20,000 nt of DNA from IMG/VR virus record IMGVR_UViG_3300010885_044417. One strand, 5' to 3'. Position numbers and translations under genes: made by a program. Below, in pieces: positions 1 to 7,373 of the stretch (its first letter is position 1; every line of letters starts with the position of its first letter). The DNA comes from an uncultured virus (IMG/VR IMGVR_UViG_3300010885_044417). Lineage: Duplodnaviria; Heunggongvirae; Uroviricota; Caudoviricetes. The notes under the pieces were generated by a model. It saw only the letters and a list, made by a program, of their open reading frames with translations, had not been told where the DNA came from and ran no database searches.

Positions 1-75
1 TCATACTTACGCGTAAGCTCCAAGCAAAAACACGTGTCCTATTTTATCCACCGCAATTAAGTTCAGCACCTAGTT

Positions 76-1575
76 ATGGCCGTCCTCAATTTTGTTATCA
101 CCGATGCCGGAAAAGTAGCCGTGGCCCAAGCCGGGCAACTCGGCCCTGTAGTTTTGGAATCTATCGGACTCGGCACTGGCGCGTACGTGCCATCTTCTTT
201 GCAACTAGCTTTGCAAAATGAAACTAAGCGACTAACGCCAGACGGCACGTCTAACCCGACGGCAGGAACGATCCATTTTACGCTATCCGATGATTCTTCC
301 GCTGCATACACGGTAAATGAAGTCGGCGTCTTTACGTCTACCGGTATTTTGTTTGCCGTGTATTCCCAGACGGATCCGATTGCCACCAAAAGTGCCGGAT
401 CCGTGTTACTGTTAGCCATTGACTTGGCTCTTACGGACATAGCTAATCCGACAAACGTCCAGGTCGGCGGAACTGGTTTTTCTTACGCGCAAGCTTCCGA
501 ATCCGTAAAGGGAGTCGGGTACATAGCTACGCAAACTGAAGTTGACGCAGGAATTTTAGACACTAAATTTGTTACCCCGAAGAAACTGTACTCGCAGTCA
601 TTCATTAACAGATTCACGCTGCAGTCTAGAACTGACGCGCTAACTATCCCAACGGGAACTACCGCGCAGCGCCCGGCCGCTCCGACTGCCGGAATGATTC
701 GGATGAATACTACTCTAGGAAATCCTGAGTGGTACGACATATCGCAAAGTTCTTGGACTCCCTTCAGCAAAACTTCGTACCCTATAGACATCTTCATCGT
801 GGGCGGCGGAGGCGGCGGTGGAAATGCTATGGGCGGAGGCGGAGGCGCCGGCGGATTTTACTACGCGGCAAGCGCCGCGACGTTGTCTGCTCCTGGCACG
901 TACACCGTGACTGTGGGCGCCGGTGGAGCCGGCGCTCCTAATAGGAACGTTCCCGGGACTAACGGTGGAAATAGCGGATTTTGGTCTTTTGACCGGGCAA
1001 TTTACATGGAAATTGCTGGCGGTGGCGGCGGCGCCAGCTGGGGAGCCGCGGCTCAATCTGGAGGATCTGGCGGCGGAAGCGTCAATGCGCAGCCTATTGG
1101 ATCCGGAACTGCTGGCCAAGGATACAATGGCGGCGGGCCTTCTCCATCAGGCATTGCAGGTTCTGGAGGCGGCGGAGCTGGAGCCGTTGGCACTATCGGG
1201 CCTTCTGGTCCTGGTGGCGTCGGATTATCTAATTCAATTAACGGAACCGCTACATTTTATGCTGGCGGCGGAGGCGGCGGCTGGAGCGCTGACTCAACTG
1301 TTTATGGTGCGCCTTCAAAAGGCGGCGCTGGCGGAACTGGCGGTGGTGGAAATGGCGGCCAAAGTGCTAATAACGGCACTGGCGGGGTTGCTAATACCGG
1401 CGGCGGAGGCGGCGGCGGTGGATACCGCGGAGCCGACTATGCAGGCGGTACAGGCGGTTCCGGCATTGTTATCCTCAGGTATCTCGGCGCTCGCCGCGGA
1501 ACTGGCGGAACTATTACTTCGGTGGGCGGATACACTATCCACACATTCACAACTTCGGGATTCTACACCGCATAA
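76..1575 (+). CDS. Tail fibre protein: N-terminal tail-collar/DUF3751-like attachment domain and C-terminal glycine-rich domain
   Basis: N-terminus ITDAG...IGLGTG...ALQNE...NEVGVF..TGILFAVYS and ATQTEVDAG..DTKFVTPKKL resemble P2/Mu-type fibre N-termini. PTGTTAQRP...GMIRMNT is a common fibre motif. The C-terminus VGGGGGGG...YTVTVGAGG...ANTGGGGGGG...GGSGIVILRY...HTFTTSG is the typical phage glycine-rich domain. Confidence 0.88.
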   Translation: MAVLNFVITDAGKVAVAQAGQLGPVVLESIGLGTGAYVPSSLQLALQNETKRLTPDGTSNPTAGTIHFTLSDDSSAAYTVNEVGVFTSTGILFAVYSQTDPIATKSAGSVLLLAIDLALTDIANPTNVQVGGTGFSYAQASESVKGVGYIATQTEVDAGILDTKFVTPKKLYSQSFINRFTLQSRTDALTIPTGTTAQRPAAPTAGMIRMNTTLGNPEWYDISQSSWTPFSKTSYPIDIFIVGGGGGGGNAMGGGGGAGGFYYAASAATLSAPGTYTVTVGAGGAGAPNRNVPGTNGGNSGFWSFDRAIYMEIAGGGGGASWGAAAQSGGSGGGSVNAQPIGSGTAGQGYNGGGPSPSGIAGSGGGGAGAVGTIGPSGPGGVGLSNSINGTATFYAGGGGGGWSADSTVYGAPSKGGAGGTGGGGNGGQSANNGTGGVANTGGGGGGGGYRGADYAGGTGGSGIVILRYLGARRGTGGTITSVGGYTIHTFTTSGFYTA

Positions 1576-1578
1576 TCT

Positions 1579-1950
1579 ATGGCCCACTTTGCTAAAGTTC
1601 TTGACGGTAAAGTCACGCGAGTCATTCGCGCCGACGAGTCTTTCTTTGAAAAATTTGTAGACTTTTCACCGGGAAGCTGGGTCCAGACGTCCTACAATAC
1701 GTACGGCGGAATTCATTACGGGCCTGACGGAAAACCGGATGGCGGGGTTGCGCTTAGAAAAAACTATGCCGGAATTGGATATTTGTACGACGCAGCACGC
1801 GACGCCTTTATCCCTCCGCAGCCGTACACTTCTTGGACTTTAAACGAGGATACCTGCCTTTGGGATCCCCCGATTCCGTATCCTAGCGACGGAAAACTTT
1901 ACAACTGGGACGAGGAATCAAAGTCCTGGAAAGAAGCCGCCATTTCGTGA
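1579..1950 (+). CDS. Conserved phage protein following the Gly-rich fibre; possible tail fibre assembly chaperone
   Basis: MAHFAKV...WVQTSYN...RKNYAGIGY.YD..RDAFIPPQPY.SW.LNE.TCLW.PP.PYP.DG..Y.WDE is a family I recognise as commonly adjacent to Gly-rich fibre genes. It starts 3 nt after the fibre stop. The chaperone role is inferred from position. Confidence 0.75.
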   Translation: MAHFAKVLDGKVTRVIRADESFFEKFVDFSPGSWVQTSYNTYGGIHYGPDGKPDGGVALRKNYAGIGYLYDAARDAFIPPQPYTSWTLNEDTCLWDPPIPYPSDGKLYNWDEESKSWKEAAIS

Positions 1951-2333
1951 AAACCCAGTTCAAAGAAGTCGCGCAATTTACGCCGGAATTTAAGTCTCTC
2001 CAGGATTTCGCTAGAACTTTTGACCACACTATCCACCCAATGCGGAATGGTAGAGTGTTTGCATTCCAGCGTGAAGGTAAAATTTTTGGCTACGCCGACG
2101 TGCTTTACATTCCCGTAGCATTCCCGGCTTTCCATCCTGAGCATACCGATGCCCGCAAAGTCGCCGAGGTTTTATCTGGTTGGAAAGCTAATTGTCAAAT
2201 ATCGAGCGGCGGAGACGGAATTATCGGCGTTCCTTTAGAGTCTGACAGGCAAACATTTCCTACGCAGATGATCGAGCACGCTGGTTTTACCAGGCTGAAG
2301 AGAGAGATTTACGGCCTGACGCCGTTAGAGTAA
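1947..2333 (+). CDS. Divergent GNAT-fold acyltransferase-like protein
   Basis: GTG start overlaps the upstream TGA. VFAFQREGKIFGYA (beta hairpin), AFHPEH (cf. VHPxY) and MIEHAGF (cf. YEKLGF) follow the GNAT pattern. Its position just before ejection-like genes matches T7 gp13-like genes. Confidence 0.55.
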   Translation: MKTQFKEVAQFTPEFKSLQDFARTFDHTIHPMRNGRVFAFQREGKIFGYADVLYIPVAFPAFHPEHTDARKVAEVLSGWKANCQISSGGDGIIGVPLESDRQTFPTQMIEHAGFTRLKREIYGLTPLE

Positions 2334-2346
2334 ACTGCCACGCATT

Positions 2347-3192
2347 ATGGGAGGATCCGCATCATCCACGCCTACTTACGCTGCGCCGCTAGGCGCGGAT
2401 TACGCTACTGGAATGGGCTCGGCTCTTTCTTTAGGAAATGGCGTGGCCAATGCTGCAATTGCAATGCCTGCAGAGGTTCGTCAAGCTGAAGTTGACCGGC
2501 TTCAAACAATGGCTCCTAGAGAAGCTGTAATTAACGCATTGAAGTCCGCGGAAATGGAAAAACTATTGACTCCCGAAGTAGCCGGAGTCCGAGTAAACTT
2601 AGCTAAGCAAGCCGCGCAAGATTTTTCCGCAGGGCCTTCTAAAGAACTTTCTAACTTATGGCTCAAGCAAGGTCTAGCAGATGCTATTGCTACCGGCGCA
2701 AAGTCAGATTCCGGGTTTGCTAGGTCTGCCATAGCCGACAGCACGCGCGCATCGTATTTGCAAGATCGGCGAGAGCAGCAAGACCGAGCGGCTCGGTTCC
2801 TTAGTGCAAATCCCATGCCCGCTGCAGGGCTAGATCCTGGATCGATTGCTAGTGCCATGACGGGCGTCAACACAGCAAATGCCAATGCCCGCGACGCCTA
2901 CAAAGCCCAAGTGCTAAATATCCTAGGGAACAACGCGGCAAATGTCACAAATGCTTTCCAACAGGCCATGCAAATGGAAGCGGCACGCAGATCCGGAGAC
3001 GCGCAGGCTATGAATGCTATGGCTTCGGCAAACATGCAATCCGCATCTTCGCGGCAAGCCGCTATTTTAGGAGCTATCGGATCTGGAATAGGGACCGCGG
3101 CAAACATCGCAGGAACTGCAATTATGTACGGAGGAACCGACGGAAAGCCAGGAGGCGCCGGAATGTTCCGAAACGGGTCTTGGACCGAATAA
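2347..3192 (+). CDS. Putative ejection/DNA pilot (internal virion) protein, paralog A
   Basis: 281 aa, Ala/Gln-rich and predicted helical, with an MGG N-terminus and a Gly/Ala hydrophobic C-terminal segment (AILGAIGSGIGTAANIAGTAIM). Collinear with 3197-3979. Confidence 0.7.
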   Translation: MGGSASSTPTYAAPLGADYATGMGSALSLGNGVANAAIAMPAEVRQAEVDRLQTMAPREAVINALKSAEMEKLLTPEVAGVRVNLAKQAAQDFSAGPSKELSNLWLKQGLADAIATGAKSDSGFARSAIADSTRASYLQDRREQQDRAARFLSANPMPAAGLDPGSIASAMTGVNTANANARDAYKAQVLNILGNNAANVTNAFQQAMQMEAARRSGDAQAMNAMASANMQSASSRQAAILGAIGSGIGTAANIAGTAIMYGGTDGKPGGAGMFRNGSWTE

Positions 3193-3832
3193 ACTTATGG
3201 GAGGCGCACCTTCAGGCCAAGCTACGTACGCGGAACCCCTCGGCGCCCAGTATGCCGCAGGAATGGGAAACGCTTTAGCGCTAAGCAACAAGGTTGTTGA
3301 CTACGCTGTCGAAAATAGGCCCGAGCTTCGCGAAGCCGAAATTAACCGGCTTCAGACCATGGCTCCGAGAGAAGCGCTGATCAATGCGCTAAAATCTGCG
3401 GAGATGGAAAGAACTTTGACGCCAGACGTGGCAAAAGTCCGTCTAGGGCTTTCAAAACAAATGGCTGAAGATCTCGATGGCGGGCCTTCTAAAGAGCTTT
3501 CCAATATGTGGTTGAAGCAAGGTCTTTCAGATGCAATTGCTACCGGCGCCCGATCTGATTCTGGGTTTGCTCGCGCAGCATTAGCTGATTCGACTAGGCG
3601 CGACTATCTTGCAAACCGTAGAACTCAGCAAGACCGCGCAGCTGCCTTTTTAGCGGCAAACCCAGTTCCGGTTGCCGGCCTAGATCCTGGCTCTTTAGCC
3701 AGTATCATGACGCAGACAAACGCAGAAAATGCCAACGCTCGTGACTCCTACAAAACGCAAGTTCTCGGGGCTTTAGGAAACCAAGCTGCCAATGTCACAA
3801 ATGCTTTCCAACAGGCCATGCAAATGGAAGCG
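2941..3832 (+). repeat. 42 bp perfect direct repeat (2941-2982 and 3791-3832) inside the tandem paralogs
   Basis: aatgtcacaaatgctttccaacaggccatgcaaatggaagcg is identical in both genes. The copies are offset by 850 bp, the same as the offset between the two start codons. Confidence 0.95.
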
Positions 3833-3979
3833 CAGCGCCGAGCCTACAACGCGCAAGCCGCCAACTCGATGACCGCAGCCAACATGCAAGCCAGCAGCTC
3901 TAATTCTGCATCTTGGATGGGACTCGGCGGAGCCGGAATTGGAGCCGCGGCTGGAATTGGAGCCGCGGTTATTATTTAA
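3197..3979 (+). CDS. Putative ejection/DNA pilot (internal virion) protein, paralog B
   Basis: 260 aa. Shares RLQTMAPREA, INALKSAEME, GPSKELSN.WLKQGL, AGLDPGS and NVTNAFQQAMQMEA with paralog A. Hydrophobic C-terminus WMGLGGAGIGAAAGIGAAVII. Confidence 0.7.
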   Translation: MGGAPSGQATYAEPLGAQYAAGMGNALALSNKVVDYAVENRPELREAEINRLQTMAPREALINALKSAEMERTLTPDVAKVRLGLSKQMAEDLDGGPSKELSNMWLKQGLSDAIATGARSDSGFARAALADSTRRDYLANRRTQQDRAAAFLAANPVPVAGLDPGSLASIMTQTNAENANARDSYKTQVLGALGNQAANVTNAFQQAMQMEAQRRAYNAQAANSMTAANMQASSSNSASWMGLGGAGIGAAAGIGAAVII

Positions 3980-4872
3980 TGGACTCAAAGATCGATCTAG
4001 CGTTAGACCGGATTGAGCGTTGGCGTCAAGTTTGGCCCAACGCGGCGGTCCTTTGGAGTGGAGGAAAGGACAGCACGGCAATGCTGCACCTGCTTAAATT
4101 TAAGGCTGGCCTAGATTTGCCAGTCGTGCAGTACCGCGAGCCTAAATTTCGAGAGCGCTACGTGTACTCTGATAAGTTAATCAAAGACTGGCAACTAGAG
4201 GTCTATGACTACCCTCCTTTTCGGGTGGCCATAGCCGATGGACCCGATACAAGCACGGGAAAAATTCGTTTTGACATGCTGAAGTATCAGCAGTGGGGAG
4301 AAACTTCCATCATTCTTTCTTTAGGAACTGAACCTCCTGAAGAAGGAAAGCCATACCTTTGCGGCGTATCAGATTTCCTGCAGCGCCCGACTGGAACTTT
4401 TAATTGGCCTTGGACTAGCGTGTTTATTGGAACTAAGTACTGCGATACCGATCCAATCAAAGGCCACGTTCCTTTAGCTGTCGATGTTCGTCCGACTAAC
4501 GGCGGTCCGGTTAGTTTGTACCCATTGCGGGATTGGTCGGATCTTGATGTCTTCGAGTATTTGGAGGACAATGGAATCGAGCCAGACCCTACTAGGTACA
4601 TCCAGGAAAACGGAATCTGGATTTCAAACCCAGATAAATCTCAGAATGCAGACTACTACCCAGTCTGTTTCAACTGCGTAAACCGCCATGCCGGAGAATA
4701 CGTAGACTGTCCTAAGCTAAAAGCCACCGTGCCAAATATGTCGCACCTGGCTCCGTACGAAGACGTAGTCTTTAAGGACCTTGGATTTAGGCCAGTTTGG
4801 CCTCAAGATCTTGCAGTAGAAGATAGTGTTCAAGAGTCAACCGGCTCGCTATCTTCTCGGCAAGACAAGTAA
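3979..4872 (+). CDS. PAPS-reductase-family (PP-loop adenine nucleotide alpha hydrolase) protein, 297 aa
   Basis: PP-loop WSGGKDSTAMLHL near the N-terminus, VFIGTK..D, and YPLRDWSDLDVFEYL (cf. PL.DW...DVW.Y), plus a C-terminal CFNC...CPK. Start moved from the track's 3913 to the ATG at 3979, which overlaps the upstream TAA (TAATG). Confidence 0.85.
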   Translation: MDSKIDLALDRIERWRQVWPNAAVLWSGGKDSTAMLHLLKFKAGLDLPVVQYREPKFRERYVYSDKLIKDWQLEVYDYPPFRVAIADGPDTSTGKIRFDMLKYQQWGETSIILSLGTEPPEEGKPYLCGVSDFLQRPTGTFNWPWTSVFIGTKYCDTDPIKGHVPLAVDVRPTNGGPVSLYPLRDWSDLDVFEYLEDNGIEPDPTRYIQENGIWISNPDKSQNADYYPVCFNCVNRHAGEYVDCPKLKATVPNMSHLAPYEDVVFKDLGFRPVWPQDLAVEDSVQESTGSLSSRQDK

Positions 4873-4909
4873 ACCACGAGAGCCATGAATCTCTCTACAA
4901 ACAACACTT

Positions 4910-4915
4910 AGGAGG
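4910..4915 (+). promoter_or_regulatory. Shine-Dalgarno site for the 4924 gene
   Basis: AGGAGG lies 8 nt upstream of the ATG at 4924. Confidence 0.7.
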
Positions 4916-4923
4916 ACACCACT

Positions 4924-5358
4924 ATGGGAGGCGGAGGAGGACAAAAACAAGCGGCACCGCCGCAAGACAACAGCATGCAGATCTGGCAACAGGAGATGCA
5001 GCGCCAACGCGAGGAGCAGCAGCGCCAATTCGAAGCCAGCCAGAGATCCATGGCAGAACAACGCGCCGCTGAGGCTAGCTCAAAAGCCATGGACGATGCG
5101 CGTCGTGCATCTGCTGAGGCTGAGGCCCGCCAAAAGCAGCAGGATACCGAAGCCGCCTCTAAGTCGGCTGCGGATAACCAAGCCGCGGCTTCGCAAGCCG
5201 CAGGACCTGGACAAGCCCCGATTAACCCGGCAGCTGCCGCTAAGCTCGCTTCGGCGCAGCAGCAGGTTGCTCCTGGGCTTTCAGCTTTGGCGCAGTCCGT
5301 AATTAAATCCGCGAATGCTTCCTACGCGCCGCCAAACGTTCGCGTCGGTGGCGCTTAA
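4924..5358 (+). CDS. Small Gln/Ala-rich coiled-coil protein; putative internal virion/ejection protein
   Basis: MGGGGG N-terminus, QQEMQRQREEQQRQFE coiled-coil, good SD, located within the virion gene block. Confidence 0.7.
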   Translation: MGGGGGQKQAAPPQDNSMQIWQQEMQRQREEQQRQFEASQRSMAEQRAAEASSKAMDDARRASAEAEARQKQQDTEAASKSAADNQAAASQAAGPGQAPINPAAAAKLASAQQQVAPGLSALAQSVIKSANASYAPPNVRVGGA

Positions 5359-5361
5359 GCC

Positions 5362-7356
5362 GTGATTGAAACAAAGGGATTCTCATTCTCTCCAGGCACT
5401 GGGGCTCGTTTCGTTGAAGCGACCCCAGTGCCCCTTCGCTTTGTTGATGGAAAAACGCTAGTTCCAGATAGCGGCGTTGAAATCTTAGCAAAGGGCGCAG
5501 CTCAGGCTGCGGAGAATCTCTTAGCCGGCGTAAAGATCGGCGTATCTGGAATTGAGAGCGGGGTAAAAAGCGGGGTCGATGCGTACGTCGAGCGACTAAA
5601 AGCAAAAGAACATAATGACCTTTTGCGTGAAATGTACGGCGACCGCAACGAGCTTGCCCAGGCTAAGCTAGCCCTGCAAGAAAGGCAACTGGCTGACCGA
5701 GAAGCCGGGATTATTGGCGGCCGAAGCGGAAGTGGAAAAACGCCTCTTGACTACAGCGAATACGGGCTTAATGACGGGGTCTCTTCTCCTATCGTAGCGT
5801 CTGGCGAAGAAACTTCAGCTGTCCCGGCTTTGAATAGCGTGCAAGTTGGAATTACTCCACCGCCCTCAAGTAAGGGCGACTCTTCGGCTGAAACTCCACC
5901 ATTGGTAGACTCTGAAAATTCCGCCCGACCACCAAATGCTGAAGCTAGCGCTGCCCCTTTAGCGACGGCGTCTACGGCTCCGCTTTTTAATTTTAGCGGA
6001 ACAAATTTTTCTCCTCTCCAAGAAGCTGCTTCTCCGGGGCTAGACATGGCGCAGACTATGCAAATTGTCGGGCAGCCAATGCAAGTTCCAAAACTTGATT
6101 TTCCGGCAACTAAAGATTTGCAAGAAGCCCGGCTTCGCCTAATGGGAGCCGGCTATGACGAGCCACTTCCCGGCTTAGTTCAAGTTGCTGCTCCGTCTGA
6201 AATTCCAGCGGCTGCACAGCTTCCCGCGGCTCCTCCTTTGGCCGAAGTTCCTGCGACAGCTGACCAGCCTCCGCAAGCTGCGCCGCAGCCTACCCCGGCC
6301 GCAATGCCGCAAGCTCCTGTTCGCCAAGCGGTCAACTCGCCATTCATTAAAGTTCCGATTGCTGGTCCTGATGGTAAAGCCTCCGGCTACGTTTTGTTTG
6401 ATCGAGTTTCTCGCAAGCTTATTCCAGCCAGTCACATTCTTCCTACGGATGACCCTAGCTCCGTCAATCCTCCTGAAGGATGGCAGCCCAGGACGATGAC
6501 AATTAACGGCGACGGCAAAGCTTCTCGCACCTTCCTCTCTCCTGAAGAAGTTCAGAAAGAGAAAGACCAGCACGCCGCGGCTGACGATCTTCACCAAGCA
6601 AACCTTGGAATCAAGAAAGAAAAGCTAGCGCAAGTGCAGCGAGATGGCTACACTAAAGACGTCTCGGTTAAAACGTATGTCGGGCCAAATGGCGCGCAGC
6701 AGGCGCTTGCAGCATTTGTTCCTGCGTTTAACGAAGCCAACGATCCGCACAACACATCTAAGTCCAGCTCAGAAATGTCCATGCTCGATCAGCTTGTCCG
6801 AGCAGAAACCGGCGGAAAGCCAACTGAGACTCAGATTCACACGATCCGGTCAAACATGCCTCTCAAGGAAAAAATTGCAACCTTGTTCGGCAAGAATTAC
6901 GAAGGCGATTTCCTCGGCAAGAACATGTACGAGTCTTTGGCTCAGCAAATTGTAGGAAACGCCGCTAACAAGGCCAAGATTGCCAACGGCACAATCGAGG
7001 GAATTCGCCAATCGTACATCGAGCAAGGCCTTGAGCCGCCTAAGCAGCTTAAGCCTTTTGTGGTTCCGATGACCGTCAAAGATGTTAATGACGAGCTAGT
7101 CAAGCTTAAAGGCGAGACTGTTCCTTTGGCTCAGCAGTATGACGAACTGCAAAGATCCGGCCGTGGCAGCACGGACGCGGCTAAACAAATCCGGTCTCAG
7201 CTTGAAGAGCATCAAGCCCAGGCTGTCAAACTGGCTAACATGAAATCTAAGGCTAAGCATTTCATAGTTAACCTTGACGAGTTTCTCGATACGTCTAACC
7301 AAGGCTGGAAAGGTGTGGCTATCGAAGCGCTGTCACCCCAAAGTCCTTCGCAGTAA
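5362..7356 (+). CDS. Putative internal virion/ejection protein, 664 aa
   Basis: Long ORF with a GTG start 3 nt after the upstream stop. It has a Pro/Ala/Ser-rich low-complexity middle and a helical C-terminal half, and sits directly before the giant protein. Confidence 0.65.
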   Translation: MIETKGFSFSPGTGARFVEATPVPLRFVDGKTLVPDSGVEILAKGAAQAAENLLAGVKIGVSGIESGVKSGVDAYVERLKAKEHNDLLREMYGDRNELAQAKLALQERQLADREAGIIGGRSGSGKTPLDYSEYGLNDGVSSPIVASGEETSAVPALNSVQVGITPPPSSKGDSSAETPPLVDSENSARPPNAEASAAPLATASTAPLFNFSGTNFSPLQEAASPGLDMAQTMQIVGQPMQVPKLDFPATKDLQEARLRLMGAGYDEPLPGLVQVAAPSEIPAAAQLPAAPPLAEVPATADQPPQAAPQPTPAAMPQAPVRQAVNSPFIKVPIAGPDGKASGYVLFDRVSRKLIPASHILPTDDPSSVNPPEGWQPRTMTINGDGKASRTFLSPEEVQKEKDQHAAADDLHQANLGIKKEKLAQVQRDGYTKDVSVKTYVGPNGAQQALAAFVPAFNEANDPHNTSKSSSEMSMLDQLVRAETGGKPTETQIHTIRSNMPLKEKIATLFGKNYEGDFLGKNMYESLAQQIVGNAANKAKIANGTIEGIRQSYIEQGLEPPKQLKPFVVPMTVKDVNDELVKLKGETVPLAQQYDELQRSGRGSTDAAKQIRSQLEEHQAQAVKLANMKSKAKHFIVNLDEFLDTSNQGWKGVAIEALSPQSPSQ

Positions 7357-7373
7357 TCTCTAAACTTTTTTCT

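Noticed and set aside
1..75. 3' end of an upstream gene
   Set aside because: Too short to choose a reading frame with confidence.
800..1460. GGCGGC-type repeats as a tandem repeat, CRISPR or DGR signal
   Set aside because: Fully explained by glycine codons. There are no regularly spaced repeats with unique spacers, no template/variable repeat pair and no reverse transcriptase in the window.
923..1660. 245 aa alternative-frame ORF in the tail fibre gene
   Set aside because: Ala-rich by-product of GGC/GGA glycine codon runs read in a shifted frame.
3913..3978. Longer N-terminus for the PAPS-reductase-like gene
   Set aside because: It overlaps paralog B by 67 nt. The ATG at 3979 gives a TAATG coupling and places the PP-loop at a normal distance from the start.
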